Shown piece by piece: positions 17,422-23,828 of a DNA stretch of 23,828 bases; positions within the stretch are counted from its first letter, which is position 1, and each line of letters begins with the position of its first letter. The DNA is taken from IMG/VR virus record IMGVR_UViG_2740892229_000023, one strand, 5' to 3'. Position numbers and translations under genes: made by a program. This stretch comes from a virus. Its lineage: Duplodnaviria; Heunggongvirae; Uroviricota; Caudoviricetes. A model generated the notes under the pieces. The model did no database searches and was not told the DNA's origin. It saw only the letters and a list, made by a program, of their open reading frames with translations.

Positions 17422-17913
17422 CTACAGATTGCCGTTAAGTTTTCTGGCCAACTCCTCAATGGATGGAGGCGATACGTAATCCGGATTTTTATTCATCAGA
17501 AACTTATTTTCACAGTGGAGGCACCTGCTTTTATGAAAAAGCTCATCTTCGCTAACCGGGAATGGTTGAAGTATCGATACTATCTTTTGTCCAAAACATT
17601 TTGGGCAAAGATGCATGGTTATGCTGTCACCGTTCACGATTACCTCCTTCGAGTATACAAAAGTACCCGACTCAAGTTGGTTAAGGATATAGCCTTCCGT
17701 CTGAGCCTCAAAGTTTTCGAATTCTGCAATTTTAGCTTTGAGAGAAGCATTTATTTCTTGATAAGAGCCCAGCAGTTCAACGAGAGACACGCATTCGCGC
17801 TGAATAGACGCAAGCTTTGAGTTCAGCTCACCAATAGCCGCATTTACTTCAGCTTGAGTTTTTGCCTCGTTCATTAGTTTTGCAATCTGGGCGATTTCAC
17901 GAATAGCCGTCAT
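17422..17913 (-). CDS. Hypothetical coiled-coil protein with C-terminal CxxC...CxxC zinc-ribbon motif
   Basis: About 163 aa from MTAIREIAQIAKLMNEAK...; heptad-like N-terminus; CPKCFGQK and CLHCENK; upstream track extension judged spurious. Confidence 0.5.
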   Translation of the reverse strand: MTAIREIAQIAKLMNEAKTQAEVNAAIGELNSKLASIQRECVSLVELLGSYQEINASLKAKIAEFENFEAQTEGYILNQLESGTFVYSKEVIVNGDSITMHLCPKCFGQKIVSILQPFPVSEDELFHKSRCLHCENKFLMNKNPDYVSPPSIEELARKLNGNL

Positions 17914-18406
17914 TGCTGCCGTTAATTCAGCGATCACATTGAATACTCTTATTGTTGTTGGGGATATCCAGATTAACCGAATCCTTGTTGTTGGGGAATA
18001 ACTAGGTCCACCTCGCCTGATGTGGCTAAAAGCAGGCACATAACAGCTAAGTATTTTCAACCAGAGAGAATCCTTAGCGTTGTGGTGAATGCGGCTCAGC
18101 GCACGCGGGTTAAGGTTGAGGCTGACAGTCGACCTTCTGTGGATACCCACCCGCCTGGTGTGCAACCTTCGCCAGGCACCGGGAGGCACCCGGCACCACA
18201 ACTTTATGCTGTGTGTAGTCTTGGCGGTACCAGCTTGTACCCTTGCTTCCGGCTGGTACCGTCCTTTTTACAAAACAGAGAAGAGCATCACCGGACGACG
18301 GGCTCATAACCCAATCCATCCGGGCGGCAGTCACCGCAGGTGTTCTTCTCTGTTTTGTGGAGAAACTAACCGACCTTGCAGGGTCGATATGATGAGGGGC
18401 AGCAAA

Positions 18407-18768
18407 ATGGCTAGCGAACGCAGTACTGATGTGCAGGCATTTATCGGGGAGCTGGACGGCGGCGTATTTGAAACCAAAATCGGCGCAGTTCTCAGTGAAG
18501 TCGCTTCCGGTGTGATGAACACGAAAACCAAAGGTAAGGTCTCGCTCAACCTAGAAATCGAACCGTTTGATGAGAACCGAGTGAAAATCAAACACAAACT
18601 CTCATATGTTCGCCCGACTAACCGCGGGAAAATTCCGAAGAAGACACCACCGAAACGCCGATGTATGTCAATCGCGGTGGTCGCCTGACTATTCTGCAGG
18701 AAGACCAGGGACAGTTGCTGACTCTTGCCGGTGAACCTGACGGAAAACTCCGCGCAGCAGGTCGTTAA
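18407..18768 (+). pseudogene. YfdP-like early-left gene with an apparent +1/-1 frameshift near 18628..18640
   Basis: Frame A reads MASERSTDVQAFIGELDGGVFETK...RPTNRGKIPKK and stops at 18688; another frame continues as TPMYVNRGGRLTILQEDQGQLLTLAGEPDGKLRAAGR to 18768. Confidence 0.4.
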
Positions 18769-18833
18769 TATCGTTTTTAATTAACTGATTATTTATCTCA
18801 TCACTGAATATCTTTATATAGTGAGGACTTATT

Positions 18834-19658
18834 ATGTCTCAGAACTTAGACGCAACCGCAATTAATCAAATCCATGCCCTTATTTCTGCTCAGGGTGTTA
18901 ATGAAATTATCAGTAAGATTGGTGCCGATGCTGTGGCATTGCCTGAGAATTTCCGCATTCATGATCTGGAAAAATTTAATTTAAATCGCTTCCGTTTCCG
19001 TGGTGCGCTTTCCACTGCCAGCATCGATGATTTTACCCGTTATTCTAAAGATCTTGCAGATGAAGGCACCCGCTGCTTTATCGATGCTGATAATATGCGT
19101 GCCGTCAGTGTGCTTAACCTAGGTACTATTGATGAACCAGGTCACGCAGATAACACCGCCACACTCAAACTGAAAAAGACAGCACCGTTCTCTGCTCTGT
19201 TGTCTGTTAACGGCGAGCGTAACTCCCAGAAGTCACTAGCAGAATGGATTGAAGACTGGGCCGACTATCTTGTGGGCTTTGATGCTAATGGTGACGCTAT
19301 TCAGGCAACAAAAGCGGCTGCGGCTGTCCGTAAAATCACGATTGAAGCAAACCAGACCGCTGATTTTGAAGATAATGACTTCAGCGGCAAACGCTCCCTG
19401 ATGGAGTCTGTCGAAGCGAAGACCAAAGACATTATGCCAGTGGCATTTGAATTTAAATGCGTTCCGTTTGAAGGTCTGAAAGAACGTCCGTTTAAATTAC
19501 GCCTCAGTATTATCACTGGCGATCGTCCTGTACTGGTTCTGCGCATTATTCAGCTGGAGGCGGTGCAGGAAGAAATGGCTAACGAATTTCGTGATCTGCT
19601 TGTTGAGAAATTCAAGGACAGCAAAGTAGAAACCTTTATTGGTACTTTCACCGCCTGA
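18834..19658 (+). CDS. yfdQ: YfdQ-family protein (DUF2303)
   Basis: 274-aa translation [34 protein letters not shown]... matches remembered YfdQ in length and sequence. Confidence 0.7.
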   Translation: MSQNLDATAINQIHALISAQGVNEIISKIGADAVALPENFRIHDLEKFNLNRFRFRGALSTASIDDFTRYSKDLADEGTRCFIDADNMRAVSVLNLGTIDEPGHADNTATLKLKKTAPFSALLSVNGERNSQKSLAEWIEDWADYLVGFDANGDAIQATKAAAAVRKITIEANQTADFEDNDFSGKRSLMESVEAKTKDIMPVAFEFKCVPFEGLKERPFKLRLSIITGDRPVLVLRIIQLEAVQEEMANEFRDLLVEKFKDSKVETFIGTFTA

Positions 19659-19785
19659 TTTCATTACTGCAAATGCCCCTGCGGGGGCATTTATGGAAAC
19701 GTAATTTACTCAATAATCGCCGGATGGTGAGGGATTCTTTTTACCAGAATTCAGCGCGGTGCAGCGCATATACGTGGAGAACAAA

Positions 19786-20322
19786 ATGTCATTTATTAAA
19801 ACTTTTTCCGGGAAGCATTTTTATTATGACAGGATAAATAAAGACGACATCGATATTAACGATATCGCGGTTTCCCTTTCAAATATCTGTCGCTTTGCCG
19901 GTCATCTTTCGCACTTCTACAGCGTCGCCCAACATGCGGTTCTTTGCAGCCAGCTGGTGCCGCAGGAATTTGCTTTTGAAGCGTTAATGCATGATGCAAC
20001 AGAAGCGTATTGCCAGGACATTCCCGCACCACTGAAACGCCTTCTTCCTGACTATAAACAAATGGAAGAAAAAATAGACGCCGTAATCCGTGAGAAATAC
20101 GGGTTACCCCCAGTTATGAGTACGCCCGTGAAATATGCCGATCTCATCATGCTGGCAACCGAACGCCGCGATCTCGGGCTTGATGATGGCTCTTTCTGGC
20201 CTGTACTGGAAGGTATCCCGGCAACAGAGATGTTCAACGTGATTCCACTGGCACCGGGCCATGCCTACGGGATGTTTATGGAACGCTTTAACGAGTTATC
20301 GGAGTTACGCAAATGCGCATGA
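19786..20322 (+). CDS. yfdR: HD-domain 5'-deoxynucleotidase YfdR-like
   Basis: 178 aa from MSFIKTFSGKHFYYD; HD motif in ALMHDATEAY. Confidence 0.75.
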   Translation: MSFIKTFSGKHFYYDRINKDDIDINDIAVSLSNICRFAGHLSHFYSVAQHAVLCSQLVPQEFAFEALMHDATEAYCQDIPAPLKRLLPDYKQMEEKIDAVIREKYGLPPVMSTPVKYADLIMLATERRDLGLDDGSFWPVLEGIPATEMFNVIPLAPGHAYGMFMERFNELSELRKCA

Positions 20323-20675
20323 ATGTTTTCGAAATGGAAGGGTTTCTTCGTGGGAGATGTGTACCGCGAGATCTGAAAGTAAATGAAACAGATGCTGAAT
20401 ACCTGGTGCGTAAATTCGATGCGCTTGAAGCTAAATGTGCAGCACAGGAAAACAAAGTAATACCAGTGTCAACTGAACTGCCACCAGCAAATGAAAGTGT
20501 TTTGTTATTCGATGCTAACGGAGAAGGCTGGCTAATTGGCTGGCGTTCTCTCTGGTACACCTGGGGACAAAAAGAAACCGGAGAATGGCAGTGGACATTT
20601 CAGGTCGGGGACCTTGAAAACGTCAATATCACTCACTGGGCAGTAATGCCAAAAGCACCGGAGGCTGGAGCATAA
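20313..20675 (+). CDS. yfdS: YfdS-like protein
   Basis: 120 aa; conserved synteny yfdQ-R-S-T. Confidence 0.65.
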   Translation: MRMNVFEMEGFLRGRCVPRDLKVNETDAEYLVRKFDALEAKCAAQENKVIPVSTELPPANESVLLFDANGEGWLIGWRSLWYTWGQKETGEWQWTFQVGDLENVNITHWAVMPKAPEAGA

Positions 20676-20980
20676 TGACCACTTTTACCGACAAAGAACT
20701 GATTAAAGAAATTAAAGAGCGTATCAGCAGCCTTGACGTGCGAGACGATATTGAGCGCCGTGCTTATGAAATCGCACTCCTATCTCTGGAAGTAGAACCA
20801 GATGAACGCGAAGCTTATGAATTATTCATGGAAAAGCGTTTCGGTGACTTAGTAGATCGTCGGAGAGCAAAAAACGGCAATAACGAATACATGGCATGGG
20901 ATATGACTCTCGGTTGGATCGTCTGGCAGCAACGAGCTGGTATCCATTTTTCAACAATGTCACAGCAAGAGGTGAAATAA
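20675..20980 (+). CDS. yfdT: YfdT-like protein
   Basis: 101 aa; ATGA-coupled to the upstream gene. Confidence 0.65.
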   Translation: MTTFTDKELIKEIKERISSLDVRDDIERRAYEIALLSLEVEPDEREAYELFMEKRFGDLVDRRRAKNGNNEYMAWDMTLGWIVWQQRAGIHFSTMSQQEVK

Positions 20981-21330
20981 TGGAGCCATACAGCCTCACA
21001 CTCGATGAGGCCTGTCATTTTCTCAAGATATCCAGACCGACTGCCATTAACTGGATACGCACAGGGCGTCTTCAGGCAACACGCAAAGATCCCACTAAGA
21101 ATAAATCTCCTTACCTCACAACACGACAAGCCTGCATTGCGGCTCTTCAGTCTCCGCTGCATACTGTCCAGGTGAGCGCGGGTGATGGCATAACAGAGGA
21201 AAGAAAATGTCACTCTTCCGCAGAGGTGAAATATGGTACGCCAGTTTCACATTGCCGAACGGTAAAAGATTTAAACAGTCTCTTGGAACAAAGGACAAAA
21301 GGCAGGCGACAGAACTCCATGACAAGCTAA
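20980..21330 (+). CDS. xis: Excisionase (HTH type)
   Basis: 116-aa ORF ([33 protein letters not shown]...) directly upstream of and overlapping the integrase; extent of overlap uncertain. Confidence 0.55.
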   Translation: MEPYSLTLDEACHFLKISRPTAINWIRTGRLQATRKDPTKNKSPYLTTRQACIAALQSPLHTVQVSAGDGITEERKCHSSAEVKYGTPVSHCRTVKDLNSLLEQRTKGRRQNSMTS

Positions 21331-22370
21331 AGGCTGAAGCATGGCGGGTCAGCAAACTTGGTGAAATACCTGATATAACGTTCGAGGAAGCGTGTGTCAG
21401 GTGGCTTGAAGAGAAAGCACATAAAAAATCACTGGACGATGACAAAAGCCGGATCGGATTCTGGCTTCAACATTTCGCAGGAATGCAACTAAGAGACATT
21501 ACTGAATCAAAAATTTATTCAGCAATGCAGAAAATGACGAACCGGCGTCATGAGGAAAACTGGAAACTCAGGGCAGAAGCATGCAGAAAAAAAGGGAAAC
21601 CTGTTCCAGAATACACGCCAAAACCAGCGTCCGTTGCAACGAAGGCTACGCATCTTTCATTTATAAAGGCCCTACTAAGAGCCGCAGAGCGTGAATGGAA
21701 AATGCTGGATAAGGCACCAATTATTAAAGTGCCTCAACCAAAGAATAAACGGATCCGCTGGCTGGAGCCCCATGAAGCACAAAGGCTGATTGATGAATGT
21801 CCGGAGCCATTAAAGTCTGTTGTTGAATTTGCACTGGCAACAGGCTTAAGACGCTCGAACATCATCAACCTTGAATGGCAACAAATAGATATGCAGCGCC
21901 GGGTGGCATGGATAAACCCGGAAGAGAGTAAATCAAACCGCGCAATTGGCGTTGCGCTGAATGATACTGCATGTCGCGTATTGAAAAAACAAATCGGGAA
22001 TCATCACCGTTGGGTATTTGTGTACAAGGAAAGCTGTACCAAACCAGACGGAACGAAAGCGCCAACAGTAAGGAAGATGCGGTATGACGCAAACACAGCC
22101 TGGAAAGCGGCGCTGAGACGGGCTGGTATTGATGATTTCAGATTTCACGACTTGAGACACACCTGGGCAAGTTGGCTGGTTCAAGCCGGAGTCCCGTTGT
22201 CAGTGTTACAGGAAATGGGAGGCTGGGAGTCTATCGAAATGGTTCGTCGATATGCTCACCTTGCACCTAATCACCTTACCGAACACGCACGGCAAATAGA
22301 CTCGATCCTGAACCCATCGGTCCCAAATTTGTCCCAGTCAAAAAATAAGGAAGGTACTAATGATGTGTAA
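21207..22370 (+). CDS. int: Tyrosine site-specific integrase, P22-type
   Basis: 387 aa [41 protein letters not shown]...; C-terminal catalytic region ...[39 protein letters not shown]; adjacent to tRNA-Thr. Confidence 0.9.
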   Translation: MSLFRRGEIWYASFTLPNGKRFKQSLGTKDKRQATELHDKLKAEAWRVSKLGEIPDITFEEACVRWLEEKAHKKSLDDDKSRIGFWLQHFAGMQLRDITESKIYSAMQKMTNRRHEENWKLRAEACRKKGKPVPEYTPKPASVATKATHLSFIKALLRAAEREWKMLDKAPIIKVPQPKNKRIRWLEPHEAQRLIDECPEPLKSVVEFALATGLRRSNIINLEWQQIDMQRRVAWINPEESKSNRAIGVALNDTACRVLKKQIGNHHRWVFVYKESCTKPDGTKAPTVRKMRYDANTAWKAALRRAGIDDFRFHDLRHTWASWLVQAGVPLSVLQEMGGWESIEMVRRYAHLAPNHLTEHARQIDSILNPSVPNLSQSKNKEGTNDV

Positions 22371-22384
22371 CTTATTGATTTTAA

Positions 22385-22460
22385 TGGTGCCGATAATAGG
22401 AGTCGAACCTACGACCTTCGCATTACGAATGCGCTGCTCTACCAACTGAGCTATATCGGC
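22385..22460 (-). tRNA. thrW: tRNA-Thr (anticodon CGU)
   Basis: Reverse complement GCCGATATAGCTCAGTTGGTAGAGCAGCGCATTCGTAATGCGAAGGTCGTAGGTTCGACTCCTATTATCGGCACCA folds as a cloverleaf with anticodon loop TTCGTAA. Confidence 0.85.
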
Positions 22461-22574
22461 CCTGAAAGGACATGTTCACGAACGTGAATCACGGTGGACA
22501 AGGTTAAAACTAACCGGGCGATGCGTCAATGGCCTTGTGAATCAAATGGCTACTTTTGCATCACCCGGTTTTAT

Positions 22575-23828
22575 TTACGCACGAATGGTGTAATCACCAA
22601 TGCCGATCCACTTGTAAGTGGTCAGTGCTTCCAGCCCCATTGGGCCACGCGCGTGGAGTTTTTGTGTGCTTACCGCCACTTCCGCACCCAGTCCAAACTG
22701 GCCGCCGTCGGTAAAACGCGTAGAGGCGTTAACGTAAACAGCGGACGAATCCACTTCGTTAACAAAACGCTGGGCGTTGCGCATATCGCGGGTCAGGATC
22801 GCATCGGAGTGTTGTGTGCCGTGTTCACGAATATGGGCGATGGCATCGTCAAGATCACTGACGATTTTGACGTTCAAATCTAATGACAGAAACTCATCGT
22901 CATACTCTTCCGCTTTAACAGCCACCACCTTCGCGGGGCCTGTCTGCAACTGCGCCAGCGCAGCTGCATCTGCGTGTAATGCCACGCCGCTTTCCTCCAT
23001 TTGTTTGCTTAATGCGGGCAGGAAGCTATCGGCGATGTTTTTATTCACCAGCAACGTTTCTACCGTATTACATGTGCTCGGACGCTGAGTTTTCGCGTTG
23101 ACGATCACTTTTAATGCTTCAGCAATCTCTACACTTTCATCAACATAAATATGGCATACGCCTATACCACCTGTGATCACCGGGATCGTCGACTGTTCGC
23201 GGCACAGTTTATGCAAACCAGCGCCACCACGCGGGATCAGCATGTCGATGTATTTATCCATACGCAGCATTTCACTGACCAGCGCACGGTCAGGATTATC
23301 AATCGCCTGCACGGCACCCGCCGGTAAGCCGCAGGATTTCAGGGCGTCCTGAATCACCGCCACCGTTGCAGCGTTAGTGCGACACGTTTCTTTGCCACCG
23401 CGCAGGATCACCGCATTACCGGTTTTCAGGCACAGCGAAGCGACATCAACCGTCACGTTCGGGCGCGCTTCATAAATCACGCCAATAACCCCCAGCGGTA
23501 CGCGACGACGCTCAAGACGCAGGCCGCTGTCCAGTACGCCGCCATCGATTACCTGCCCCACCGGATCGGCGAGGTTGCACACCTGACGTACATCGTCGGC
23601 AATGCCTTTCAGCCGTGCGGGCGTCAGTGCCAGACGGTCAAGCATCGCTTCGCTAAGGCCATTGGCTCGCGCGTCAGCAACATCCTGGGCGTTAGCGTTG
23701 AGGATGATTTCGCTTTGTGCTTCCAGTTCATCGGCGATTTTTTCCAGCACGCGATTTTTTTCGCGGCTGGAGAGTTGCGCTAATTTATACGAGGCTTGCT
23801 TCGCGGCAATGCCCATTTGTTCCAGCAT
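22575..23828 (-). CDS. proA: Gamma-glutamyl phosphate reductase
   Basis: 417-aa translation [38 protein letters not shown]... full length; start codon at the last window position. Confidence 0.95.
   Translation of the reverse strand: MLEQMGIAAKQASYKLAQLSSREKNRVLEKIADELEAQSEIILNANAQDVADARANGLSEAMLDRLALTPARLKGIADDVRQVCNLADPVGQVIDGGVLDSGLRLERRRVPLGVIGVIYEARPNVTVDVASLCLKTGNAVILRGGKETCRTNAATVAVIQDALKSCGLPAGAVQAIDNPDRALVSEMLRMDKYIDMLIPRGGAGLHKLCREQSTIPVITGGIGVCHIYVDESVEIAEALKVIVNAKTQRPSTCNTVETLLVNKNIADSFLPALSKQMEESGVALHADAAALAQLQTGPAKVVAVKAEEYDDEFLSLDLNVKIVSDLDDAIAHIREHGTQHSDAILTRDMRNAQRFVNEVDSSAVYVNASTRFTDGGQFGLGAEVAVSTQKLHARGPMGLEALTTYKWIGIGDYTIRA

Larger units (their letters stand above)
7312..22400 (-). 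mobile_element. Lambdoid prophage segment 2 with P22-type integrase next to tRNA-Thr; early-right and late genes on the - strand, cI and early-left genes on the + strand
   Basis: Order int/xis, early-left genes, cI, cro, replication, nin-like, Q, late promoter, methylase, holin, lysozyme; tRNA and proA immediately outside. Confidence 0.8.

Noticed and set aside
17422-18201. Full 259-aa and 199-aa track ORFs (17422..18201 -, 18089..18688 +)
   Set aside because: The upstream extensions are Arg/Pro-rich and non-protein-like and cross the repeat-rich noncoding stretch; only the downstream portions are called.

Overview
The window reads as two lambdoid prophage segments facing each other, joined across a gap-riddled lysis cassette, with core chromosome (thrW, proA) at the right end. 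All calls are from reading the sequence and the ORF track against remembered protein families; no searches were run. Segment 1 (1..7301, + strand) is lambda/DLP12-like: P, ren, an AT-rich lipoprotein island, ybcN, ninE, ybcO, rusA, ylcG, Q (quuD), an intact nmpC porin, then holin, lysozyme and the start of Rz. Segment 2 (7312..~22400, genes mostly on the - strand) is a near-complete lambdoid genome with a P22-type integrase next to tRNA-Thr: int, xis, yfdPQRST-like early-left genes, cI, cro, an O-like replication gene carrying iterons, RusA-like, KilA-N, Q, a methyltransferase, holin and lysozyme. The best candidate for an undescribed system is an AT-rich two-gene cassette (9505..10966) encoding a 308-aa soluble protein translationally coupled to a 182-aa four-helix membrane protein, sitting between Q and the late promoter of prophage 2. 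Three 10-N runs (6592..6601, 7302..7311, 7636..7645) break the duplicated holin/lysozyme genes, so the head-to-head junction of the two prophages is probably a scaffolding artefact.
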